Assembly (NCBI RefSeq): GCF_006345805.1
Contig: NC_042997.1
Location: 84,878,001-84,942,000 of the forward strand
Origin: Octopus sinensis
Taxonomy: Eukaryota
DNA length: 64,000 bases
Direction of reading: 5' to 3'
In this document: in pieces, positions 12,633-24,372 of the stretch
Numbering within the stretch: the first letter of the stretch is position 1
Layout of the letters: each line of letters begins with the position of its first letter
The notes under the pieces: model-generated
Databases searched by the model: none
Told to the model about the DNA's origin: nothing
Seen by the model: the letters and a program-made list of their open reading frames with translations, nothing else
Translations under genes and position numbers: made by a program

Positions 12633-13665
12633 AAACCCTGAACGGTTCTCTCTCCTTAAAGGGAAACTTCACCCTCCCTTTTATCTCTGCTGTCCCTCCC
12701 TTATTATTCTGAAAGCAACTGTACATGGCAGCACCAGGAGTCGCCAGTCAAATTTCCCACATGTGTTTTAAATATGTTGGTCGAACTCTGAATGCTACAC
12801 ATAAAACTGATGGCAAGGTGCCATGGTGAGATGAAATATATTGGAAAGAGGTCTTAAGTCATCCCAATGTGATACGCAGCATGGTAATACGACCAAAGAT
12901 CTCACATTCGCATCCGAGTAAAACACAGACGGACTTGTATATGGTCTGTAGAGAAAATGATAATCGACTTTACACGAATAACTATTAAACAAGGCAAATA
13001 AGTACTGGAGGAAAAGATAGGGGAGAAATAAAAGCTGATCCTTCAAAGACGCCCAAAATGAAATCTCAAACGTATGAGACTTTCCCTCTTTCTGTCATTC
13101 AATCTCTTTCACTCTTTATCTCTCCTCGATTGCTAAAAGTGAAGGCAATAGAAAATATCAATCGTACTTCTGTATAATGTTAATTTTAAGTTTAAATGAC
13201 TCTGCGGTTTTCATTTCCCTGACTCTATGTCTTCACTTGCTTTCTCCACTGTTAAGAGGGGAGGAAATAAAGAGAGAAAAGTGAGAAAAGAAAGAAAATC
13301 GATCGTATATAACTCTTAAATGTTTTAAATGAACATGGACCAACTAGTTTCATGCTCCAAAGTTATGATGTATTGAGGAACTCAAATAAGAGCGAAACAA
13401 TGTTATCTGCAGCAACTAAAACATTCAAAATGAGAAAAACATGAGTTATATAGAAAAAAATTTTCATATGTTCTCTCACTCATAAGAAAAAGACTTCTCA
13501 GAATATTAATACAGCAAAATACAAAATTAGAAACCCTGAGTGTTTCTCTCCCCTTCAAGGGAAATTTCACCCTCCCTTCAATTTCTTAGTAAACTATCTT
13601 TCCCTCCCTCGCTTACTTTGAAAGCAACTACAGGTAGCAGCACCAATAGTCATCTGTCAAATTTC
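12633..13665. repeat. Pair of diverged ~130-bp direct repeats (12633-12756, 13531-13665)
   Basis: Shared blocks aaaccctga, aagggaaa(c/t)ttcaccctccctt, tgaaagcaact, gcagcacca and gtcaaatttc occur in the same order. Confidence 0.75.
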
Positions 13666-13701
13666 TGAAACACACACAGACACACACACACAGACACACA
13701 G

Positions 13702-13733
<32 letters not shown>

Positions 13734-13735
13734 CC

Positions 13736-15108
13736 ACAGGTATGGAGGTTGTGGTTAAAAATGTTGCTTCTCAACCACATGGTTCTGAGTTTAAATCCCA
13801 TGGCATAAAACTTTCGGTGTCTTCTAATATAATTCCGAGCCGACTAAAGCCTTGTGAGTAGACTTGTCAGACGGAAACTGAAGGAAGCCCGTCATATATA
13901 TACATATATGTATGAATGTATGTATGTATATATGTATATATGTATGTGTGTATGCATATTGGGCCCTCATAAATAATGCGGCTTTTTTTACACGTCTTTT
14001 CAGTTTCAAAATGAACAGAAACAAAGTTCTTAATCTAAAATATACTTTCCTTCATTTTCTACAACGCTCTTCCATCTATTTGGAAGACTTGCAAGGCCCC
14101 TCTTCCAAAAGTCACTTGTGACGAAAAATACTTCTCCAATACTGTTCTGACCTCGTCTACAGAATTCATATTTTTCCCATATGAATGATTTTGAAGACTG
14201 CAGGATAAATGATAATCAGATGGGGCAATGTCCCGCAAGTATGGTGGGTGGGGCATCGTTTCCCATTAAAACTGATCCAGCCTTTAGAATGTCATTATCC
14301 TGATGGGATGGAAGAACACGTTTCGTTTTGAAACCAAAGATGGTCCTTCTCCCATGGAACGCAGTTGCCAATGAATAGTTGAATGACGAAATCCAAGCTT
14401 CTCTGCTAGTTTATCAACAGTTACGATGGAATTTTGTTCCACCAGGGTGTGCCGTTCGTCATCGTCGAGCTCTACAGATCTTCCAGGACAAGGCTCGTCT
14501 TCTAGGCTGTAGTTTCCGGCTCGGAATTTCTGGAACCACCGTTAACACTGTCTTATTAACACGCTTATTGTCTGTCCCCACATGCTGCATTAATATTCCT
14601 CGCACATTCCGCTACACTGTTGCCTTTATTGAACTCATAAAGCAAAATAGGCCAAATATGCTCCATTGTCACTTCCATTATAGTTTTGAAAAAATAATTC
14701 AGAAAATCGAACTGAACTCTTCAAACTTGCACTAAGAATAAGGACAATGTAAAATTACTACCTGCCTTTATAGCAAGTTGATGCAGATAGTTTATCTTGT
14801 TCCCCTCCGACTTTTCGTTCATGCAATTGAAAAAACCGCATCATTTATAGAATGACCCAAGATATATATATATGCATGCTTATATATGTATAAAAAAATG
14901 TGTGTAATTTTGTTTTTGTGTTTTTCCCCACCGCCGCTTGATAATTGGTGTCGGTTTGTTTATGTTCCTGTAACTTAGCAATTCGCAATAAGTACAAAGC
15001 TTATTTGAAAAAATAATAGGTACTGGGGTGATTCGTTCGACTAAAACCCGTGAAGGTGGTTGCCCCACCATGGCCACATTCCAATGAATGAAACAAGCTA
15101 AAGATAAA
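13736..15108 (+). mobile_element. tRNA-derived SINE (family A) split by a mariner insertion
   Basis: Head 13736-13895 (caaccacatggttctgagttt...gacggaaactgaaggaagcccgtc), internal (TA)/(TG) tract, tail 14861-15108 (ccaccgccgcttgataattgg...catggccacattccaatgaatgaaacaag). Confidence 0.8.
13959..14860 (-). mobile_element. Internally deleted mariner DNA transposon
   Basis: Imperfect TIRs ttgggccctcataaataatgcggcttttt / rc ttgggtcattctataaatgatgcggttttt, with TA at 13957-58. N-terminus from ATG 14678: LLYEFNKG...RWFQKFRAGNYSLEDEP..GR. C-terminus: PHPPYLRDIAPSDYHL. The central catalytic part is missing. Confidence 0.9.
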
Positions 15109-15279
15109 CGGTTACGTGGCAGAGTATTCCACAGACATGAAGTTAATTCTCAAATGGAATCAGAATGACTAAACACGTGATAGGCTGGACCATTCTTTGG
15201 TAAAGTTAAAAATCTGCTCGACGTGTCTCTACAGCGTCTTCGTCTTCCCTGTTTCATTCTCAAACCTTGGATCGCTGGT

Positions 15280-15378
15280 CCGAGGCGGCGATGACGGACA
15301 CTTGCCCAAGATGCCATGCAGTACGATGAAACCCATGACTTCGCGATTGCGAAGCGACGTATTTAGGCATTCAACCAG
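15280..15378 (-). mobile_element. Decayed SINE head followed by (GTT)n(GGT)n simple repeats
   Basis: gacacttgcccaagatgccatgcagt matches the family A head seen at ~28245-28275. Confidence 0.7.
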
Positions 15379-15390
15379 CTGTGTAGTTGC

Positions 15391-15451
<61 letters not shown>

Positions 15452-15696
15452 GGTGGTGGTGTGGTAACGGTGGTGATAACAACGGCGGTGGTGACGGCAA
15501 TGGTACTAGTGCCGGCGGCGGCAGCGGCAGTGCTGAGGTTGAAGTAGTAGTAGTTGTTGTAGTTGCTGTTACTGTTATTACTGTTGAAGACGGCAATGAT
15601 GTTTAGCCTCAGATCAGCACCTGATGGAGTAAGCCAATTCTTAAAGGCTGAATCCGTTTCTCTCTCCCTCTCTTTCTGTCTCTCTGTCTGTCTCTA

Positions 15697-15739
<43 letters not shown>

Positions 15740-16634
15740 GATGGGAAAGAGAATTTGTAGATATTTGTAAGATTATAAGTAAGATAATTGATAAGAAACC
15801 GAAGTGCAATAGTGAAGGCGAAAGACGTCAGCCATTCACAACTGTTTGCTCTTTTTAAAGCGCAATAATCAAATTATATACTGTCTAATCGGTGTTTCTG
15901 ACTTCGAAACCCTTGCGTCTTCTCAATAAATGTTGGTCAGTAAGTCATTTAGCCATTTTCGTGTTTAATTCTGTATTCGGAATCTTCTTATAAATGAATG
16001 GCATTTCCTTCAGATCGGAACATCTATAAACAAGTTCTCAGTTAAGACGAATTTTCTTGAGCACGTTTTTCACAACCATCAAAGCGCGAAGCACTCCTCA
16101 CGATCGCAGGTTCGTGAGATGCTTGTGATCTGTAAAGAGTTTTGTGTAGGAACCGGAAAGAGAAGTAGGGACACGTAATGCGTGTGTGCACACTGGATTC
16201 GTAAAACGGGAGAGAACAATAAAAAACGCAATGCGCATGTCAAACAAGTTACATAATGGTCTGCATGCCACGTCTGACACCACTGTCACGCAGATTTGCT
16301 GCAATTTTCTTATTTAACGTCTTATAAAGTTAACAAGGCGGAAACACTTTTCAAAGATAGTTTATGATTAAATTTAATGAGACAGAAAGAAAAAGATGGA
16401 TTGAGTTAAACAAAAGATTTTATTTTAGGAGATTTTTGAGGCAAGGATTGTATTTCGAAAGCTCCCGATGACTATAACTGTAAGGAAACGCTGGTAGGAT
16501 TTCAGGAATGGTTACAATATATTTAATCGTGATACTTAAAATTGCTTTTCTTAAAAGCGCATTAAACAATTAAAAATTGTGTTCTAGAAATTTCTGCCGG
16601 TAAGCTAACAGGGAAATTTGTAACCGATCACTTG

Positions 16635-16726
16635 ATCTGCTAGAAGTAGCAGTCTAGATCAAATCGCATTCAGATTCCATCATACCAAAAGAAGTCATAG
16701 AATGGATAATGAAGTCTTTCATACAC
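16635..16726. repeat. 92-bp segment whose inverted copy lies at 18436-18527
   Basis: Reverse complement matches 18436-18527 with 3 mismatches by manual alignment. Confidence 0.9.
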
Positions 16727-17382
16727 TATGCTTAAAAATATAATTTATCTACATATACATACTTACATACATACATACATACATATATGCATATACATGC
16801 ATGCGTGTGTGAGTGTGTGTGTGTGTGTGTGTGTAAAATAGCAAATAAGGGCATATTAAATAATATATACGATGAATATTTGATTTAATGAAATCATCTC
16901 CGCTTTTAGAGAAGCTTAATCAATGCTTCTTAGTATTTGGTACTCCTTCCAAAGGAGAAGGTGAGATAAGCGTGAGGATGAAGAATTCTCTTAAACTGGC
17001 ATGACATTAGGGATTTTAAAAAAACAGTCTGATTTAGAGGCTTCCACGCAAATTTTATATACCTAGGTACCAGCGGCATAAAGCGTAGAACGAAATAGAT
17101 TATATGTAGACATGCGAGCGCGTGTGTATGTGTATAAGAAAACGTTGGAGTAATTGAAGGAATAGCGTAAAGAGTCTTATAGGGCTTATTTCCTGGTTTC
17201 TGTGACGCATATATTCCTCCCTGGATGGGACGCCGGTGCATCGTAAGATTACTCGTTTTCGCCATCTCAGTGGACTGGCAAAATCGTCCGATCCAGGAAT
17301 CGGAACCATAAAGTGATGCGCATACACACGCGTGTGTGCACACACACATATACGCGCGCGCGCACATGCACATACACACACG

Positions 17383-17414
<32 letters not shown>

Positions 17415-17459
17415 TATAAGGTAAGAACCTATTAAAGCTTCTGTGTAGCACATATTCCA

Positions 17460-18062
17460 TCCTGGTCAGGACAGTCATTTTTGCCGGCTGAGTGGACTGG
17501 AGCAACGTGAAACAGGTGTTTTGCTCAAGAACACAAAGCATCATCCGGTCCAGGAATTGAAACAACAGTCTTACGATTATGAGTCTAACACCCTAACCAC
17601 TAAACCACGTGGTTACAATGTATTCAAGTGTAATAATTAAAATCACGTTCCTCAAAAGAGCAATAGATTAGCTGAGTTATATAAAATTCTGCCAGCGAGC
17701 CATCGATGAAACACGTAATCAGACGGCTGAAAATGAGTCGCATTTGCTGCGAAATATTGCTTCGAAGAGTGATGTCAACGGTCCTTGATGGGTGAGATAC
17801 ACTGAATAATATACATACTTACATACACATAAATACATACTTATATACATGTATATATGCCTTGAATATATAAGGTTAAACCTCCTTACTGATTCATATA
17901 GACTCATAGAACCAATTTCCAGAGTTCAATGGCGTATATACAGGAACAACATGAAATAAAGTATTTTGCTCCAGAACACAACACATCACCCGGTCCAGGA
18001 ACCGAAACCACAATTTTGTGGTTATGTGTCCAACACCTTAACCACTAAACCACACGCCTCCA

Positions 18063-18063
<1 letters not shown>
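17460..18063 (-). mobile_element. Two SINE heads of family C (17460-17620, 17945-18063)
   Basis: rc gcgtgtggtttagtggtt(a)agg...cctggaccgg...tgtgttc(t)tgagcaaaa, a tRNA-like head with A/B-box-like motifs. The same family occurs at 33560-33882 (-) and 55891-56062 (+). Confidence 0.75.
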
Positions 18064-18105
<42 letters not shown>

Positions 18106-18109
18106 TATA

Positions 18110-18322
18110 TAATCCGTTCCGTCTGTCTGTGCGCTTATAACTCGTGTGTTGTTCATCCGATCGCGCTGAGATTTTAAACATGGATACATGAGAGAGCAGG
18201 GCGTTCCGTAAACTAAAAAGATCTTCAACATTGTTAGTTTCAAAGTGAGACTCGCTATTTTTGTTCCCCCATTAAAATCAACGTGTTTGCTCAGACAGCC
18301 GTCACATTCCATTTCGCTGGTA
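18110..18322. mobile_element. Short Helentron/DINE-like non-autonomous element
   Basis: Starts next to (TA)n with ccgtctgtctgtgcgcttataactcg...ttcatccgatcgcgctgagatttt, the end structure typical of DINE-1/HINE-like elements. Confidence 0.45.
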
Positions 18323-18386
18323 TACATACATGCATACATACATACATACATACATACATACATACATACATACATACATACATACA

Positions 18387-18419
<33 letters not shown>

Positions 18420-18523
18420 GCATATACATGCATGCGTGTATGAAAGACTTCATTATCCATTCTATGACTTCTTTTGGTAATATGGAATCTGAATGCGACT
18501 TGATCTAGACTGCTACTTCTAGC

Positions 18524-18612
<89 letters not shown>

Positions 18613-18654
18613 CATGCATACATGCATACATACATACATACATACATACATACA

Positions 18655-18685
<31 letters not shown>

Positions 18686-19049
18686 CATTGAAAATGTGAC
18701 CGCGTGTGTACCGTTTGCGATTTTTTTCCCTCTGTCTTCCCTTCTCTGGATCTTTCCTTCTCCTATGTTTCCGACGAAACATTAAACCCTCCTTCTTTCC
18801 TTCTTTCCTGAGCGTCCAATAATACTATATTTGTTCCACGTCCTCGCATTGTTGTGTTTTTTTGTGCTTTCATGTTTGGATTAACTTTATATATATACAT
18901 ACATATGCATACATACATACATACATACATACATACATACATACATACATACATACATACATACATACACACAAACACACACACAAATTCACACACTTAT
19001 ATGCCAACTGCGAAGCATCTCTGATATTATGGTCTCTTGAATTTTATCT

Positions 19050-19445
19050 TTTATGTTCTTACCTCAATGCTTTCACTCCATACACGACAGCACAATTTGT
19101 TTCGTCTATTGTTAGTCGAAAGATACTTGATGTTATTTTCTTGTTTGTATTTGTAATTGTGTAACATGTTCTCCGTTTTTTTCTTGTTTTTGTTTTTGTT
19201 TTTTTGTCGTACGTTTGTTTTCTCCCCCAAAATTTAACTCTCTTAGCTTCGATTTTTCGGGGCAGCCAGATTTGGACAGTCTCAAGTGTAACAGCCCAAA
19301 ACTCTAAGGATAATTTGGTAACTTGACTAATGAGAGGAACTTGCGAATGACCTGTCCTTTTCTTTTTCCTGTCCGTCTTCGCATCGTCTATCTGTCCGGA
19401 TGTTTTATTGTCGTCTGTTGCGTCTTGTTCCATTTTGGGGATTTA
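19050..19445. mobile_element. Interspersed non-coding repeat family (copies at ~37120-37560 and ~42597-42720)
   Basis: Shared blocks ttagtcgaaaga, tttgtatttgta..taaca, ccagatt..g.ca.tctc.agt.taac.agcc, gact.a.ga and gga/cgaatg.cc.gtcc. Confidence 0.7.
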
Positions 19446-19515
19446 CATATACATATAGCAGTGTACGTACATTTTGCTCACTCTATGTATGTATGTATGT
19501 ATGTATGTATGTATG

Positions 19516-19552
<37 letters not shown>

Positions 19553-19699
19553 AAATAAATATAAGAGAGTGGTCACTATATGGCTCACTCTAGCACCAGT
19601 TAATCCAAAAGGTTTCAACCACAAAAATACATGTTTCCCATGAAAGTCAGTACGATTGTTAGCTCACACGGACAGGGCAAATAAAAAATAACAAAAATA

Positions 19700-19795
19700 C
19701 AGATTATTTTGGGACAATTGTTTCGCTATTAATGAATTAAATGTAATTTTACTTACAAAAAAATCCACTTGTAGCTCGTCAGCCAAAACTATCTG
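19700..19795 (-). ncRNA. Type I hammerhead ribozyme (left-arm copy, minus strand)
   Basis: Mirror of 20140-20235: CUGACGA at 19782-19776, stem II closed by GCUA/UAGC, GAAA, ACAAUUGU, predicted GUC cleavage at 19713. Confidence 0.85.
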
Positions 19796-20139
19796 GATGA
19801 AATCCACTCAATCACACGCCAGATTTTACCATAACGATAAATACGCGTGTGGTTCAATTGATTACATCCGACGTTATAATTCAGATGCCCCAACTAACAG
19901 CGCGCCAAACTTTCACGGAAAACAAATACTGCATTTTAAATTAGTATCTAATTCTCTCACCCTTATTAATTAATTATAATTATGCTGCATTTATTTCTAA
20001 ATGCAGTATTTGTTTTCCGTGAAAGTTTGGCGCGCTGTTAGTTGGGGCATCTGAATTATAACGTCGGATGTAATCAATTGAACCACACGCGTATTTATCG
20101 TTATGGTAAAATCTGGCGTGTGATTGAGTGGATTTCATC

Positions 20140-20235
20140 CAGATAGTTTTGGCTGACGAGCTGCAAGTGGATTTTTTTGTAAGTAAAATTACATTTAATT
20201 CATTAATAGCGAAACAATTGTCCCAAAATAATCTG
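20140..20235 (+). ncRNA. Type I hammerhead ribozyme with intact core and palindromic stem III
   Basis: Stem I CAGAUAGUUUUGG 20140-20152 pairs with CCAAAAUAAUCUG 20223-20235 (one mismatch, one G-U). CUGACGA 20153-20159; stem II GCUG/UAGC with a long extension; GAAA 20211-20214; stem III palindrome ACAAUUGU; GUC cleavage triplet ending at 20222. Confidence 0.87.
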
Positions 20236-20470
20236 TATTTTTGTTATTTTTTATTTGCCCTGTCCGTGTGAGCTAACAATCGTACTGACTTTCATGGGAA
20301 ACATGTATTTTTGTGGTTGAAACCTTTTGGATTAACTGGTGCTAGAGTGAGCCATATAGTGACCACCCTCTTATATTTATTTTGTAAAAATATTATAATA
20401 CATTATAAAATATTATAATAATCCAGGTTTCTCGGAGCACTAGGCCACTTGGTGTTGAATAGATATACTA

Positions 20471-20504
20471 TTAAATTAGTATCTAATTCTCTCACCCTTA
20501 TTAA

Positions 20505-20513
<9 letters not shown>
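20471..20513 (+). repeat. 43-bp direct repeat of the inverted-repeat spacer (19936-19978)
   Basis: ttaaattagtatctaattctctcacccttattaattaattata is identical at both sites, 535 bp apart. Confidence 0.95.
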
Positions 20514-20548
<35 letters not shown>

Positions 20549-20661
20549 TATATATATACATACACACACATATATACACACACACACATTATATATATAT
20601 ATACAAACACACACATATGTGTATGTATATATGGATGTATATATGAATGTATGTATGTATT

Positions 20662-20770
<109 letters not shown>

Positions 20771-21498
20771 GTGTATATTTTGTGCATGTTACACACTAGC
20801 ACAGATGTCTTGTTAAAACTTGAAACATACTTTACTCAGACCCGATATAAGTAGAAATAAGTAATATAAAACTCATTTTATTTTGTGAGAAACGAAAAAA
20901 AAAACATAATAACTAAATAAATAAATGAAATAAACCAAAATCTTAATTAAGAAGAAATATATACACTTAAATATGTTCTAAGTGTCATTTTAGTCCTTAG
21001 GGTAAAAGATAAGAAAAAATATACAGGAGTGAAAAAAAAACTTAATAACAAAGGGGAGCCATTGAAACATTACAAAAAAACAAGTCAAGGAAATACAAAA
21101 GAAAAGATAAGTGTAAAGGGTTCCGCCCAAATGAATACCTGTGAGTGTACCTAGCAATCTTTTTAGGACTTTTTACAAGGTATTAGAGGTTTTGATAATA
21201 GATAGCCAGTCACCTTTGAACAATGAAGCAACACCTAACTGCACGGTTGTCCTACTATCCGCCATGTTTTGCCTCCTACTGACCTCTCAATGGCCATAAT
21301 TTATTTTATTCTGATTATTTATTTATTTATTTGCTGGATTTATCGCATCGTTGTATGTGCAAGTAGTGTTCAGTGAACGTGTGGGCAGTATATGTGTTGT
21401 GTGTGTGCGTGAGAGAGAGAGAGAGAGAGCGCGTATATCTATGTGTGTCTGTGTGTGTGCGTGCATATTTGTTTCTGTGTGTGTGCGCGTGCGTATCT

Positions 21499-21534
<36 letters not shown>

Positions 21535-21816
21535 TCGCGTATATATATATACGTGTGTGCGCGTATATTTTCTGTATGTGTGTGTATGTATGTTTGTGCG
21601 TGTGTGTATATGTAGTTATCGTGTTGATGGGGTACATTGCCGGTATTGTACCTCAACCCCTTATGTCTAGGTATTGTGTGCTTGTATATGCTACGAGAGG
21701 GTGGGGTACGCGAGAAAAGGTCGAGGATACTTTGCTAGCATTGTGTGAGGGATAGTTTGTTAGCATTGTGTGGGAACTGCGTGCAAAGTACGACAGCGGG
21801 TATCCTGTGCATGCAA

Positions 21817-21860
<44 letters not shown>

Positions 21861-22217
21861 TTTTTCTAAGTAATGTATGTAGATGCTGAAGTATATGTGG
21901 GGTGGGAGTGGGGAGTCTGTATAGGTATTGTCTGGGTAGTATTATGGGTATTGTATAGTGATTTTCTAGGTGTTGGGTGCGCGTTTTACATGAACCGGTC
22001 AATTCATAACTAACATTATTATTCTCTATATTTGATGTACGACTTATAAGTTACTTCACCCGTCTATTTATACATAGAAACGTACATATACATACATAGT
22101 CACAGACACACACACACGCGCGCATATATACTGTATAAATTATGAACATATCTGTCAATGCATATATAATTACATGTGTAGCCATATGTACTTCTGCATG
22201 TATGCGTGCTATATATA

Positions 22218-22257
<40 letters not shown>

Positions 22258-22434
22258 ATGTGTGTGTGTGTGTGGTGTGTGTGTGTGTGTGTGTGTGTGC
22301 GTGTGCGTATGTGTGTATACATATATATATGCATATATAAATACATACATGTACATACACAGAGACAGGCATGCACGTGCACACACACATTCACCCACAC
22401 ATGTACATATATATACATATATACAGCCAGAGAA

Positions 22435-22496
<62 letters not shown>

Positions 22497-22623
22497 GGAT
22501 AGATAGATACATGCATTCATACATACATACATACATACATACATACATACATACATACATACACACACGTATATTGATGAGGTACATCGATTGATTTATT
22601 GATCTATTGATAAGAGAAGGAAA

Positions 22624-23352
22624 CATCTCCTGATACCTGATCAAAAGCGCGCCAGGCTGATCACATCAGGGGGAAATCTAACATTGTTTGATGCTGTTCC
22701 AGCCGATTTCCTTGGACGTTTCCTAATTCAGGATGCGTATTGGATTCATCACTTTAAGAAAGAGACAATCCATACAGTGGAAACACCCCTCCTCCCCTAC
22801 TCAAAAGAAGGCCAAGGTCGTTTCTACTGCGAGGAAGGAGATGATCTTAGTTGTTAGGGATACAAAAGGTATTGTGTTTATTGACTATCTCCGAAAGAGT
22901 CACACTATCAATGGAGAGTACTAAGCCAAATTAGTGAGGCAGCTACGAAAGAATAAGACCAAATGCCCAGGAAATCTAACGAACCGAGTCTTGTTTCATC
23001 AGGACAATGCTGCAGCACATATGTCCTTCGTTTCAATGGCTGCTGTGTATGACTATGTCTTTGGACTGGCTAATCCCCGTCGCTTTTCTTCTGATTTGGC
23101 CCCTACTGACTTATCATCTGTTCCCCAACATGACAAAAAAGACTTGGCTAGGAACCAGTATCGCAGTGATGATGACGTCATATCTGCTGTTGACTTTTTT
23201 ACCAACAAGATGAAAGCTTCTTTACCAATGGGATATAAGCATTGTAACACCGATGGAAGAAGTGTGTGAACCGCAAGAGGGCTATGTTAAAAAATAAACC
23301 TCATTCAATCACATTTTATTAGTCAACCTATGAACTTTTTGGCCAAATCTCG
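22624..23352 (+). mobile_element. 5'-truncated mariner transposon, decayed DD34D-type transposase
   Basis: LIPDQKRARL...RFLIQDAYWIHHF, QWKHPSSP.QKKAK, GIVFIDYL..SHTINGEY, LFHQDNAAAH, SDLAPTDYHLFP. 3' TIR ...aactttttggccaaatctcg followed by TA. Confidence 0.92.
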
Positions 23353-24167
23353 TAGTGGTCGTAGTGTCGTGTGCCAGGAAACACCTGACAAGATTATTGT
23401 ATGTACGTTTTCACTACATATGGGAAGGACAGGTTTCGTTGGCCAGGATATTAATCTACAAGCATCTCTCATTAGACGATTATCTCAAATCGATGAGGAT
23501 GATGATACGGAGACTCGTGTTTTTGATGAGCTGCAATCATGGATCGAGTGGAGATCGAAATTGGGCTTTTGGCAACTAAAACATTGTCGGTGCTCACTGC
23601 TCTGTCAGGTGGTAAATACAGTAGGCAGAAAGTTACCTCTCGTTTTCTATGGAATGATATATGACCCATGTTTCCTATACAGTCTACATAATCTACAGTA
23701 ATTCTTTTTTGAGCTATCAAAATCACATCGCTCTCATATCACATCCTACTGGCTTAAAATGGTAGGCCTTGGTGTTTTTAGAGAAATTTTGCCAGAGGAA
23801 TTTTCTTTGGTGATGGTAATTAGATCACATCTCCAATCTCCTTTTACACCATAACATTAGCTTCTTTAATATCTGGAACTTTATAGGTAAGCAATGTTTG
23901 CAGTTTCATAAACTATTGAACCATGTAGTACATTTATCGATGATGATACTTATAAGTTCTTGATCTCTGGATTTCCAGACAAGATGAGATAAATCACAGC
24001 CAACTAAGAAAACGCATACATTTGGCAATTTAATCATTGATATACAACTTAGTCGAGTTGGTCAGATAGGAAATATTTTTACCTTAAATCTGCTTTGTGA
24101 GAGTTGGACTGGGTTGAACAACAATAACGCATACCACTCGCATTGTTTTATTTTTCTCTAAAGTTAG

Positions 24168-24372
24168 TAAGCTGGCAGAATATTTAGCACGCTGGGCAAA
24201 ATGCTTATCGGCATTTCGTCCGTCCATATGTTCTGAGTTCAAATTACGCCAAATTCGACTTTGCTTTTCATCTTTTCGGATGAAATAAGTACCTGTTAAA
24301 CACTAGGGACAATGAAATCGATTTAGACCCTACTCGAGCTTGCTGGTCTTGTGCCAAAATTTGAAACCCTTA
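24168..24372 (+). mobile_element. SINE family B copy
   Basis: gctggcagaatatttagcacgctgggcaaaatgctta...ttctgagttcaaattacgcc...ttgtgccaaaatttgaaacc. Further copies at ~6960-7145, 31857-32030, 34885-35050 (-), 55468-55660 and 59615-59800. Confidence 0.8.

Larger units (their letters stand above)
19552..20383. repeat. Near-perfect inverted repeat: 385-bp arms (19552-19936, 19999-20383), 62-bp spacer
   Basis: The arms are reverse complements with only two mismatches found by manual comparison (gagag/gaggg; cttgt/cttgc). Confidence 0.97.

Noticed and set aside
15197-15600. ORFs with poly-H/poly-Q/poly-P (minus) or poly-V/G (plus) resembling a transcription-factor exon
   Set aside because: Built from (GTT)n(GGT)n repeats and a decayed SINE head (15280-15378). 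The poly-Q frame has a stop just upstream and no splice acceptor.
19552-20383. Reading the 385-bp palindrome as a plain MITE with long TIRs
   Set aside because: No TSD or transposase-type termini. The spacer is duplicated outside the right arm and the arms encode a hammerhead, which fits a retro-type origin better.
23330-23900. 123-aa plus-strand ORF and a minus-strand FCLLYLPP motif reminiscent of a LINE endonuclease
   Set aside because: The plus ORF starts inside the mariner TIR and has no recognisable motif; the minus-strand similarity is too short and full of stops.
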